This document shows positions 1 to 8,989 of a DNA stretch of 64,000 nt, piece by piece. Origin of the DNA: an uncultured Gammaproteobacteria bacterium (GTDB taxonomy: Bacteria > Patescibacteriota > Microgenomatia > Levybacterales > UBA12049); NCBI GenBank assembly GCA_964414015.1, contig CAYPUE010000001.1:8893-72892 (forward strand). Reading direction: 5' to 3'. Both the position numbers and the translations under genes were made by a program. Each line of letters begins with the position of its first letter. The stretch's first letter is position 1. Below the pieces are notes generated by a model. The model was not told where the DNA came from and ran no database searches. It saw only the letters and a program-made list of their open reading frames with translations.

Positions 1-1
1 T

Positions 2-1258
2 ATGAATTTAAAATACAGGTCAATGCTTAAGAAGAACAAAAAATGTATTGTTTGTAGTAATCCACGTCTTGTTAAATACTTGGATCTTGGTAAAATCGCG
101 CTTGCCAATTCTTGTCTAAATAAGGCTGATCTAAAACGGCCGGAGCTTAAATTCCCGCTACGGGTTTATTATTGCCCAAAGTGTCATCTGGCGCAACTTA
201 AAGATTGGGTCGATAGGAAATTGCTGTTTGAAGATTATGCCTATTTTACCGGAGCGTCACAACCGCTACATAAACATTTCAGAAAGTACGCTGAAGATGT
301 TTACAGAAGATTTCCTACCCAAACAAAACAGTTTATTCTGGATATTGGCAGCAATGACGGCATACTTCTTAAGCATTTTCAAAAATTAGGTGCAACGGTA
401 TTAGGCGTTGATCCGGCAAAAAATGTTGCTCGAATAGCCGAAAGAAATGGTATTGAAACCAAAGCCTTGTTTTTTAATCTAAACGTTGCCAAAAATATTT
501 TGAAAAAATACGGTCATGCCAGTATAATCACCGCCAATAATATTTTGGCCCATACAAATAACTTGCATGGAATAATTGCAGGCGTGAAAAAATTGCTTAG
601 CGAAAGAGGCATTTTTATATTCGAGGTGCAATATTTAGGTGATTTAATTAAAAAAAATGAATTCGACAACACTTACCATGAACATATCTGTTATTTTTCA
701 CTTTTCCCTTTGGTAAAGCTTTTGGATATCTGGGGATTACAAATATTTGATGTTGAACGTGTTGACACTCAAGGCGGATCTATACGCGTATTCGCCGGAC
801 ATAAACCCTTATTATTCCCTGTTAATAAAAGAGTCCGAAAAATGCAAAACTTCGAAGAAGAAAACGGCATCCATAATGTTAAGACATACAGGAAATTCGG
901 TACTGTTCCGCAAGAAATCAAGAAAAAACTATTGAAGCTGTTAATCGGTCTAAAAAAACAAAATAAAAAAATAGTAGGTTATGGCGCAGCTGCCAAGGGC
1001 AATACTTTACTTCAATATTGCGGGATTGGAACAGAAATAATTGATTATATTGCAGACACGACCGCATTTAAACAGGGAAAATTTACTCCAGGCACACACA
1101 TTCCTATATTACCGCCTGAACACATCAAAAAAAATCTTCCCGATTATGTTTTAATTTTGGCATGGAATTACGCCTCTTCAATTATGAAAAATGAGTCGTG
1201 GTTAAAAAACAAAAGCGTTAAATTTATAGTGCCGATTCCGAAGATAACAATTATATAG
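2..1258 (+). CDS. NDP-hexose C-methyltransferase (Zn-binding N-domain + class I SAM MTase + C-methyltransferase C-terminal domain)
   Basis: CIVC...CPKC Zn ligands, motif I LDIGSNDG, YHEH, GGSIR, GYGAAAKGNTLL, KQGKFTPGTHIPI, ILAWNY: the architecture of TylC3/EryBIII/NovU-type sugar C-methyltransferases. The true start may be the ATG at 23. Confidence 0.9.
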   Translation: MNLKYRSMLKKNKKCIVCSNPRLVKYLDLGKIALANSCLNKADLKRPELKFPLRVYYCPKCHLAQLKDWVDRKLLFEDYAYFTGASQPLHKHFRKYAEDVYRRFPTQTKQFILDIGSNDGILLKHFQKLGATVLGVDPAKNVARIAERNGIETKALFFNLNVAKNILKKYGHASIITANNILAHTNNLHGIIAGVKKLLSERGIFIFEVQYLGDLIKKNEFDNTYHEHICYFSLFPLVKLLDIWGLQIFDVERVDTQGGSIRVFAGHKPLLFPVNKRVRKMQNFEEENGIHNVKTYRKFGTVPQEIKKKLLKLLIGLKKQNKKIVGYGAAAKGNTLLQYCGIGTEIIDYIADTTAFKQGKFTPGTHIPILPPEHIKKNLPDYVLILAWNYASSIMKNESWLKNKSVKFIVPIPKITII

Positions 1259-2009
1259 AGTGTTTGTGGCGTTTAAAAAGCTTAGTCTCGAATCCCAAAC
1301 GAGTCCAAAGATATTGCGTTAAAACTCCAAAGGTCTGAAAGGTATATTTAACAGACTCCTTAATGCTAATCGAACTATGTTCGTGGGCATAATCACCCCT
1401 CACAGGAATCTCCCCTACTCTCAAATTATGGTATGCGGCAAGAGCGATTATCTGAAAACTAAATAAGTGATCATTGGACGTATGTTTTAAGTCAGCTTTA
1501 GTCAAAAGCCGCCGGCTATAAATGCGAAAGCCTGTGTGAAATTCGGAAAACGGCAACCGCAGGATTAGACGATCCAAAAAACTCAAGCCGATATTCGCCA
1601 GATACTTAAGAAGCGGCATTTTATCTTTTAAGGGAAGCTTTAAATCTGTAAATCTGGAACCTAAGATAAAATCATAACCTTTTTTAATTTTTTGAATTCC
1701 CGGGATGATACCCAAAGTGCCATACTGTCCGTCTCCGTGAATTTCCACCATGTATTCCCCACCCATTTCAAGAGCTTTTTGCAAGCCGTATTTTATATTA
1801 CCACCATATCCGAGACGCGGATGGGAAAAACATGGAATACCAAGCCTCTTAGCAATAACGCCAACGCTATCTCCACTTTCGTCATTGGAAATAATGATGC
1901 TATCAAAAACCCTTTCCGGCAAACTGCGATAGACGCTCTCCAAAAAAGATGCATGTTTGTACGTCAGGATAATCCCGATTACTTTTGGACTTTTAATGGT
2001 AGTCTTCAT
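1251..2009 (-). CDS. GT2 glycosyltransferase, polyprenol-phosphate sugar synthase (DPM1)-like
   Basis: GYGGNIK, HGDGQY (DxD variant), ILGSRF, EFHTGFRIYSR, EIPV. Confidence 0.85.
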   Translation of the reverse strand: MKTTIKSPKVIGIILTYKHASFLESVYRSLPERVFDSIIISNDESGDSVGVIAKRLGIPCFSHPRLGYGGNIKYGLQKALEMGGEYMVEIHGDGQYGTLGIIPGIQKIKKGYDFILGSRFTDLKLPLKDKMPLLKYLANIGLSFLDRLILRLPFSEFHTGFRIYSRRLLTKADLKHTSNDHLFSFQIIALAAYHNLRVGEIPVRGDYAHEHSSISIKESVKYTFQTFGVLTQYLWTRLGFETKLFKRHKHSI

Positions 2010-2016
2010 TGCTTTA

Positions 2017-2022
2017 ATTATA
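2017..2022 (-). promoter_or_regulatory. -10 box (TATAAT) 7 nt upstream of the ATG at 2009; probable leaderless promoter
   Basis: Minus strand reads TATAAT-taaagca-ATG in a divergent intergenic gap. Confidence 0.55.
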
Positions 2023-2145
2023 CAACATTGTCCTTAGCAAGGTATCAAAGATTTTTGTTTCCCATTATTTGGAAGAAGCGGTTTTACTGCCCACTACATC
2101 TAATTAGACATAATATAACCACATATTATATAATTACTAAAGTAA

Positions 2146-3141
2146 ATGAAAAAACAACGTAGGGAATTAATGCTGCAAGATGCAATAGTTTCCGTAATTG
2201 TCGTCACTCAAAACGATGAGGATATTGCGGTAAACAGACTGAAAGAGATAAATAAAGAGCTTGTAAAGCTTAATGTAGATTACGAAATTTTGGTCGTTGA
2301 CAATAATTCTTCGGATAACACGATACAAGAAATAAGAAAAATAGGGAAAACTATTCCCTACATTAGAACATTAAGATTGTCTAAACAATACGATAAAGAA
2401 ATTGCGCTAACAGCCGGGCTTGATAACTGTATAGGAGATTATGCTATCTTATTTGATATATATTTGGATCCGCCGGAAATGCTTCAAGCCTTGGTAAATA
2501 AACTCTTAGAAAATTACGACGTTGTAATTGGAAAGCCGTCAAGAGATATAGTAAGGTATGGATTTCTAAGTAAAATTTTCTTATCGATCGTAAAAAAAAT
2601 CTCTTCCCACGAATTTTATTACAGTCCAAATTATTTAATTGCGTTAAATAGGAAAGCAATCAACTCAATCACCCGTACACGCAGAAAAAGCAGAAATTTC
2701 AGCTATATAAATTATTTAATAGGATTTAAAAAGTGCGCAGTTGAGTATAAACCTTTGAAAACTTTCCGTTACAAATTAAAGAAAGAAAGCTTTCCGGAGC
2801 TTCTTTTAAACGTAATTGACATAATCATTTCAAATTCATTTAGGCCAATTAGGGTGTTTAGTTTTCTAGGAATGTTCTTTAGCTTCCTTTTCATAATCTA
2901 TATCTTTATTATAGTTTTGCTTGAGGTAGTTTTCGGAAAGCATATTGCCCCACAGGGATGGATTAGTGTCGCTACGGTTCTAGGCACAATGTTTTTTCTA
3001 TTATTTTCTTTGTTAACTTTAATTTCTGAATACATTATAAGGATAATGAATGAATCCCGAAACGAACCGCTTTATTTTATAGCTGACGAGATAGACAAAT
3101 CAGTAATTCTTAGAAAAAAACGGAGCGTAAATGTGGTTTAG
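2146..3141 (+). CDS. GtrB/ArnC-like GT2 with two C-terminal TM helices and a degenerate active site
   Basis: EILVVDNNSSD, ALTAGLD, DPPE, GWIS plus two TM helices, SEYI.RI..E....PLY; the DxD position reads FDIYLD. Confidence 0.8.
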   Translation: MKKQRRELMLQDAIVSVIVVTQNDEDIAVNRLKEINKELVKLNVDYEILVVDNNSSDNTIQEIRKIGKTIPYIRTLRLSKQYDKEIALTAGLDNCIGDYAILFDIYLDPPEMLQALVNKLLENYDVVIGKPSRDIVRYGFLSKIFLSIVKKISSHEFYYSPNYLIALNRKAINSITRTRRKSRNFSYINYLIGFKKCAVEYKPLKTFRYKLKKESFPELLLNVIDIIISNSFRPIRVFSFLGMFFSFLFIIYIFIIVLLEVVFGKHIAPQGWISVATVLGTMFFLLFSLLTLISEYIIRIMNESRNEPLYFIADEIDKSVILRKKRSVNVV

Positions 3142-3144
3142 TTT

Positions 3145-3912
3145 ATGTTATCTGCTCTAATAGGTTACACCGGTTTTATTGGCGGCAATCTCCTTAAGCA
3201 AACAAGATTTGACGATTTGTATAATTCCAAAAACATAAATAATATCAAAGGTAAAAAATACGATTTGATTGTCAGCGCGGGAACGACTAGCCTTCGCTGG
3301 AAAGCTGACCTTGAACCAAACGTTGACTGGCAAAATATACAAAAACTTATAAATTGTCTTAAGCAGGTGGAAGTCAAGCATTTTATTCTCATCTCAACGG
3401 TAGATGTTTATCCAAAACCTTTCGCCGTTGATGAAGATACCACAATCACTGAAGAGAGACAAAAGGGATATGGATTAAACCGTTACAAGCTTGAAATGTT
3501 CATTCGAAAAAACTTTAAAAGTTTCACCTGCGTACGTTTGCCGCAAACTTTTGGATATGGACTGAAAAAGAATTTTATTTTTGACTTAATTTACAATAAC
3601 GCTTTAGGCTTTACGCATAAGGACAGCTTATTTCAATGGTATAATTTAGAAAATCTTTGGAAGGATATCTCCATAGCACGCGAATACAACATTCCTATTA
3701 TTAATTTTACAGTTGAGCCGCTAAGCGCCAAAGAAGTAGCAGAATATACACTAAACATTTCTTTTAAAACCATAACCGACAAGCCTCCACTTCATTACGA
3801 TATGCGGACTAAATATAGTTCTTTGTATAATTCGCATGATCATTATATTTACCATCGTTCGGAAACACTCGAGACGCTAAAAACATTTATAGAGGAGGGG
3901 AATAAAATTTGA
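3145..3912 (+). CDS. Atypical NAD(P)-dependent epimerase/reductase (SDR-like)
   Basis: Rossmann motif LIGYTGFIG, ISTVDVY, YGLNR (YxxxR instead of YxxxK), VRLP..FG. Confidence 0.75.
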   Translation: MLSALIGYTGFIGGNLLKQTRFDDLYNSKNINNIKGKKYDLIVSAGTTSLRWKADLEPNVDWQNIQKLINCLKQVEVKHFILISTVDVYPKPFAVDEDTTITEERQKGYGLNRYKLEMFIRKNFKSFTCVRLPQTFGYGLKKNFIFDLIYNNALGFTHKDSLFQWYNLENLWKDISIAREYNIPIINFTVEPLSAKEVAEYTLNISFKTITDKPPLHYDMRTKYSSLYNSHDHYIYHRSETLETLKTFIEEGNKI

Positions 3913-4727
3913 ATATAGCGATATCAAACATTGCCTGGAACAAAAAAGAAGATGGGGAAATTGCAAAAATATTGCAAAAGTATGACATTTCCGGAATAGA
4001 AATTGCGCCAACAAAAATCTGGGAAAATCCTCTTGAGGCAAAAGGGAAAGAAATAAGAGAATATAAAAAGTATTGGCTAAATAATGGCATCAATATTGTC
4101 GCTATGCAATCTCTTTTATACGGGCATCCGGAATTAACCATATTTGATTCCAAAGAAATAAGAGAAAAAACTAGAAGTTATATTTCCCGTATTATCGATT
4201 TATCCTTTTTATTGGGTTCTAAAATAATGGTGTTCGGATCGCCTAGAAATAGACTTATAAATGGATTGAATTATAATAAAGCTTTGGAAATCGCCTGCGA
4301 GTTTTTTTACAAAATTGCCGAAATTTGCAAACAATATGAGATATTTTTCTGCATTGAACCAAATCCTCCACAATACGGTGCAGATTTTATTCTCAATACC
4401 AATGACGCGATAAAATTAGTAAAAGCAGTTAATCATCCGCATTTTAGACTTCATCTTGATACAAGCACTATGGCGATAAATAAAGAATCCTACGACGATT
4501 CTATAAAAAATGGCTTAAGCCTCCTTAAGCATTTCCATATTAGCGAACCCTATCTTGAACCCGTAAGAAAAGAAGGAAAAGTGGATCATCAAACAATAGC
4601 TGGTATTTTAAAAAAACTTCATTATAATAATAAATGGGTTTCTATAGAAATGCGATCGCTTGATAATGTCTCCAATAAGGAACGCGTTAATAAAGCACTT
4701 GAATTAGTAACTAAAATTTACAGATAA
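3909..4727 (+). CDS. Sugar-phosphate isomerase/epimerase (xylose-isomerase-like TIM barrel, AP_endonuc_2)
   Basis: GIEIAP, VFGSP, IEPNP, LHLDT, HFHISE, SIEM metal-ligand pattern; TTG start with GAGGAGG SD-like site at about 3892-3898. Confidence 0.85.
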   Translation: MNIAISNIAWNKKEDGEIAKILQKYDISGIEIAPTKIWENPLEAKGKEIREYKKYWLNNGINIVAMQSLLYGHPELTIFDSKEIREKTRSYISRIIDLSFLLGSKIMVFGSPRNRLINGLNYNKALEIACEFFYKIAEICKQYEIFFCIEPNPPQYGADFILNTNDAIKLVKAVNHPHFRLHLDTSTMAINKESYDDSIKNGLSLLKHFHISEPYLEPVRKEGKVDHQTIAGILKKLHYNNKWVSIEMRSLDNVSNKERVNKALELVTKIYR

Positions 4728-4746
4728 TACAGTTAAGTACAATAAT

Positions 4747-5529
4747 ATGTTAAGGCAAACTAATTGGGAAATACCGTCATATAGTTTATCTGAATTTAAA
4801 CCCAAAGAAACAAAATACTGCATCTGTATTCCTGTTATAAATGAAGGAGAAAAATTCAAACAGCAATTAATAGCAATGGAAAAATATGCTTCCCTTGCTG
4901 ATATCATCATCCTTGACAAAGGCAGTACCGATGGGTCAACAGACCCCAATTTTTTAAAAAAAAATAAAGTCAGAAGCCTATTGGTGCTAAAAGAAAAAGG
5001 AAGACAAGGCGCACAGCTTAGAATGGGATTTGCATACGCTTTAGAACAAGGATACGAAGGCGTGATTACCATAGATGGTAATGGTAAAGACGGTATAGAT
5101 GCCATACCAGATTTTGTTCGTGCTCTAGATGAAGGTTTTGACTACGTTCAAGGGTCCCGCTTTATTAAAGGCGGCGTATGGATAAACACCCCTCTTCTTC
5201 GAGCTGTTGGAATACGATTTCTCCATGCGCCCATCTTAAGCCTTGCAGCAGGCTATTGGTATACCGATACTACTAATGGCTTCAGAGCCTACAGTAAAAA
5301 ATATTTACTTCATCCGAAAGTTAAACCATTTAGAAACATTTTCGATAGATACGAATTAATATTTTATCTTACAGCCAGAGCCAACCAGCTTGGACTTAAA
5401 ACTAAAGAGATTCCTGTCAGCAGGATTTATCCGAAAGGAGAAATTCCTACAAAAATTACAGGATTAAAAGGAAATGCAGATTTGTTATTTACTGTCTTAA
5501 AAATTCTTGTCAATGTCTATAATCCCTAG
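4747..5529 (+). CDS. Soluble GT2, polyprenol-phosphate sugar synthase-like
   Basis: IPVINEG, DKGSTDGS, IDGNGKD, VQGSRF, DTTNGFRAYS, EIPV.R.YP; no C-terminal TM helices. Confidence 0.85.
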   Translation: MLRQTNWEIPSYSLSEFKPKETKYCICIPVINEGEKFKQQLIAMEKYASLADIIILDKGSTDGSTDPNFLKKNKVRSLLVLKEKGRQGAQLRMGFAYALEQGYEGVITIDGNGKDGIDAIPDFVRALDEGFDYVQGSRFIKGGVWINTPLLRAVGIRFLHAPILSLAAGYWYTDTTNGFRAYSKKYLLHPKVKPFRNIFDRYELIFYLTARANQLGLKTKEIPVSRIYPKGEIPTKITGLKGNADLLFTVLKILVNVYNP

Positions 5530-6653
5530 CTAAAATCTGGATTTTGTCTTTTAATCTCATCTATAGCATCGTAGATGTTGTCTATTTTCCCACCCATGAC
5601 GATATGAAAATTCTTTATTCCGTAATCCTTTCTGTATAAAATCGGCCTCCTGTCATTTGCCTCATTCTCAATCAGAAGAGTTTTTGTTTCCCAAATCGAG
5701 CCTAAACTCTTAAGGCCTTTCAGGGATGGTATATATCTTTGAGCATCTTTTATCATGAATGGAAAATGCGAATCTTTTTTAAAACTTGATAGCTCAATTC
5801 TTTTTTTATCTCTAGCTTGTTTACTTAAGTCTAACCACGCAAAACGAGGAGTATACCGAACATGATGCAGGGTGTGCAATTTTTTATCAGGAAAGGGCAT
5901 TAGAGAAAAAAATGGTCCATCCATTATCGTTACCCCAAAATTCTTTAATTCTTCTGGCATCTTAATTAAAGGCATCTCTGTAAATTCATGTTTAAAAGGA
6001 AGAAACGGTAAATCAGAATGGCCAAGAACCGTATTTATTTGCGAGTAAGTGCAATTAAAAACGTGCTCTCCTGTTATGCCATTGTCGCCTTTTGTGCTAA
6101 TGCTTATACTTCCGTCTTTTTGTTTATTTATCTTCGCGACTTCAGTATTGTATAGAATTTTTACGCCCGCCTTTTGCAGCTTATTTTTCAACAGCTTTCT
6201 TAATATTCCTGCATTATATACTGCTTCTTCAACAACAAAAACATCTTCTATCAATCTTCGATTAAATAATCTTCTTATTCTTTCGGGAGCCGGCTTAATG
6301 GGGGAACCTACTTGGTTGCAAAATTTTCGAAATTGAGCGCTTGTTACTTTTGAATTATTGGAAGCTATAGCATAAACCATGGTAAAATTATCTTTAATTG
6401 CTTCTTTAAAATCTTTAATAAATTGAGAGAAATTTACGTGAGATCTTAAAGCGGTTATAAAACTTCGGGGATAATGGTAACCATTATGGACACGGGCTTG
6501 ATTGCTGTAGGAAGCTTTTGTTAACAAATCCTTCTCTTTTTCAAGAATTAGGATTTTGTCAAACTTTTTCCGCAAATATAAAGCCAGCATGCAGCCATAA
6601 AATCCCCCTCCGATCACCACTACATCGAAATTTTTCTTTTTAAGAATGTTCAT
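5526..6653 (-). CDS. FAD-dependent oxidoreductase (DAO/L2HGDH-like family)
   Basis: DVVVIGGGFYG dinucleotide fold, ILEKE, AS..NQARVHNGYHYPRS, MDGPFFSLMP, GGKID. Confidence 0.85.
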   Translation of the reverse strand: MNILKKKNFDVVVIGGGFYGCMLALYLRKKFDKILILEKEKDLLTKASYSNQARVHNGYHYPRSFITALRSHVNFSQFIKDFKEAIKDNFTMVYAIASNNSKVTSAQFRKFCNQVGSPIKPAPERIRRLFNRRLIEDVFVVEEAVYNAGILRKLLKNKLQKAGVKILYNTEVAKINKQKDGSISISTKGDNGITGEHVFNCTYSQINTVLGHSDLPFLPFKHEFTEMPLIKMPEELKNFGVTIMDGPFFSLMPFPDKKLHTLHHVRYTPRFAWLDLSKQARDKKRIELSSFKKDSHFPFMIKDAQRYIPSLKGLKSLGSIWETKTLLIENEANDRRPILYRKDYGIKNFHIVMGGKIDNIYDAIDEIKRQNPDFS

Positions 6654-6669
6654 TCAAAAATTAAGTAAA

Positions 6670-6727
6670 ATTATAACATATTTTGTTGCTTATCATTTTA
6701 GAAATTATCTACATTTTCTGTTAAGAT
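6670..6727. promoter_or_regulatory. Divergent extended -10 promoters
   Basis: Minus strand: TGtTATAAT at 6678-6670, 16 nt before the ATG at 6653. Plus strand: TGtTAAGAT at 6719-6727, 7 nt before the GTG at 6735. Confidence 0.5.
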
Positions 6728-6734
6728 AAAGTGT

Positions 6735-8942
6735 GTGAATAAACTTATGGCATTTTTTATCTCAAACAAACTTCTCTCGATCATTCTTTTTATCGCCTTG
6801 TTTGTTCGGATACTTGGTCTTTACCCCAATTTTATAAATCATCCTGATGAAGGGTGGGTACAAACATATTCAGGAAAATTATTCTACAACATTATTACGA
6901 AAGGCGATTTTAATCCTTATACATATAAGTATGGATCATTTATTTTTTATCTTGCAGCTATTCCGTACTTCCCAATTACGTCTGTCTCGTATCTAGCGGA
7001 AAGAGTGCAAGACGCAATTTTACCTTTCTCCACATCTTATTCGATGCCTTCATTTATCGAATACCTTACGAGAGTTGGATACAGTCAGCATCAAACGCTG
7101 ATATTTTGGTCTCAAAGAGCATTGGTTGCTCTTTTGGGAGCAGCCAGTGTGATCATACTTTATTTAATAGCCAAAAAGCTTTTTAACAAACCCATTGCGC
7201 TTTTAGCTGCTTTTTCATTTGCTGTTTTTCCGTTTCACGTTCGCGATTCTCATTATGTCGCAACAGATGTACCCGCAACATTTTTTATTTTATTAGCTGT
7301 TCTTTTTATGGTCAATCTTTCCAAAACAAGCAAATTAAAATGGTATTTTCTTTCCGGTTTCATGATCGGACTCTCAACTGCTGTTAGATATTTTCCTGTT
7401 GCGTTATTTGTTTATCCCATTGCAATTCTTCTTGATAAACAAAAAAATAAAATGTGGCTGCTGAAAATTATCCTTGGTTTTATCGCAATGCCTATTGGAA
7501 TCTTCGTAGGCTTACCTTACCTTTTCCTGAACCCCCAAAGCCACATTATCTTTCAGCAGGATATGGAAAAATGGGTTCTACCATGGTATAGCACGACAAT
7601 ATCAACGTATGTCTCATCTCTTGTGTCTTTTGTTCTGTCAAACGGACAAGGGATATTGCCAAACATTACAACTCTTATACCAAATACGTTCTCCCCCTAT
7701 TATGCGCGTTTTATTTTCTTTAGTGGTCTAGGACAAATATCGACAATTGCTTCCTTGATCGGCTTAGCAATAATTCTACTGAAGTTCCCAAAACAATTTA
7801 TATTTTTATCAATAATCCCATTTATTACTTTTATCTACATTAGCTTCTATATGCACGCGCAATACGAAAGGCTGGCGATACCCATTACGCCATTTTTATC
7901 CCTATATATTGGCGTTTTCATCTATACTTTTTGGAGTTGGATAAAACAGTTAAATGCGGTTAAAGCAAAAGTCATTTTCGGAATAGTTTGTTTTTCTGTT
8001 TTTTATTATCCCTTTACTCAATCTTTCAGTTCCAGTTGGGCTTGCGGACAAAAAACCGTATATCAGCAAAGTCAGGAATGGATTGCAGATAATATGCCTG
8101 ATAATCCAAAGGTTGCATATAAAACATATATTTCTTTTCCTTCGAAACCTTTTGATAAGCTGACAGAGATTAAGCCTACTGAAAATTTTTCTCTTGAAGA
8201 AGTACGCAATACGGACTCTGACTACGCATTTATAAATACCAGTAACGCATTGGGATATTACGCTTATAGATTTGACACTGATTTTTTTATTCCCCCAAAT
8301 GATATCTATCAAAACAATTTTGTTCTCTTGTCTCTATATGAATATAAAACAAGGGGAACACTACTAAAAAAACTGTCAAAACCAGATATGTGCGCTCAAG
8401 ATAATCTTTTATTTTATAAACTTCCCTCTCTGTTGCCCGAATCTAAAAACTTAATTAAAAATTTTTCATTTGAGACTACAAACGACATGAAGTTTTGGAG
8501 TCTTCAAAATTACTCATTGAGATCTAAAAAAGCAGAGATGCTTTATTCTGAAAAAGAAGGCATTGAAAAAGGATCATTAGGGTATAAATGGGAGAATATT
8601 TCTTTTACGCCGCCAAGAATAATTTCTCAAAAAATTAAAGTCACGGGTGGAAAAATATATACATTTTCGGGTTGGATAAAATCCAGCCAAATTCTTAAAT
8701 CAAATGAAAGAGATGGATTTTTAAGAATAGACTTTTATAAAGACCCAAAAAACAAAATTATTTTACCAGGCGACGCAGTTGCTCTTTCCCCAAGAGTTTA
8801 TGGTGACCCGGAATGGAAAAAAGTATCAATTTCCGCAATCGCTCCAAATGGCTCAAGCTTCGCTATTATCTCCCTAAACGTTACTGCGACAAAATCATCA
8901 GGGTCATTTTATTTTGATAATCTTCAATTCCTTGAACCTTGA
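6735..8942 (+). CDS. GT-C glycosyltransferase (ArnT/PMT_2-like) with C-terminal CBM4/9-like carbohydrate-binding domain
   Basis: HPDE after TM1, many TM helices, SHYVATDVP, YERL; C-terminal NFSFE...SQKIKV..GKIYTFSGWIK...WKKV...FYFDNLQF beta-sandwich pattern. Confidence 0.8.
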   Translation: MNKLMAFFISNKLLSIILFIALFVRILGLYPNFINHPDEGWVQTYSGKLFYNIITKGDFNPYTYKYGSFIFYLAAIPYFPITSVSYLAERVQDAILPFSTSYSMPSFIEYLTRVGYSQHQTLIFWSQRALVALLGAASVIILYLIAKKLFNKPIALLAAFSFAVFPFHVRDSHYVATDVPATFFILLAVLFMVNLSKTSKLKWYFLSGFMIGLSTAVRYFPVALFVYPIAILLDKQKNKMWLLKIILGFIAMPIGIFVGLPYLFLNPQSHIIFQQDMEKWVLPWYSTTISTYVSSLVSFVLSNGQGILPNITTLIPNTFSPYYARFIFFSGLGQISTIASLIGLAIILLKFPKQFIFLSIIPFITFIYISFYMHAQYERLAIPITPFLSLYIGVFIYTFWSWIKQLNAVKAKVIFGIVCFSVFYYPFTQSFSSSWACGQKTVYQQSQEWIADNMPDNPKVAYKTYISFPSKPFDKLTEIKPTENFSLEEVRNTDSDYAFINTSNALGYYAYRFDTDFFIPPNDIYQNNFVLLSLYEYKTRGTLLKKLSKPDMCAQDNLLFYKLPSLLPESKNLIKNFSFETTNDMKFWSLQNYSLRSKKAEMLYSEKEGIEKGSLGYKWENISFTPPRIISQKIKVTGGKIYTFSGWIKSSQILKSNERDGFLRIDFYKDPKNKIILPGDAVALSPRVYGDPEWKKVSISAIAPNGSSFAIISLNVTATKSSGSFYFDNLQFLEP

Positions 8943-8967
8943 CAATAATATTGCTTAAACTTATAAT
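8939..8967 (+). promoter_or_regulatory. Perfect consensus sigma70 promoter TTGACA-N17-TATAAT
   Basis: TTGACA at 8939-8944 (contains the upstream TGA stop), 17-nt spacer, TATAAT at 8962-8967. Confidence 0.8.
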
Positions 8968-8989
8968 AAACAATATTAATATTACTCGA

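Noticed and set aside
1692-2162. 156-aa plus-strand ORF and similar shadow ORFs (for example 4704-5105, 7950-8312, 12097-12450, 47574-47948, 48052-48465, 49364-49756, 53171-53542)
   Set aside because: They lie antisense to or out of frame within well-supported genes and have no recognisable motifs; they are expected by-products of codon bias.
4956-4964. A9 homopolymer (and other A/T 8-9 runs) as phase-variation tracts
   Set aside because: Such runs are expected in this AT-rich, Lys/Phe-rich sequence; all frames are intact and there are no long G/C tracts.
8939-8989. N-terminal extension MTIILLKLIINNINITR from the TTG at 8939
   Set aside because: This stretch is the consensus promoter; ATG 8990 gives a clean signal peptide.
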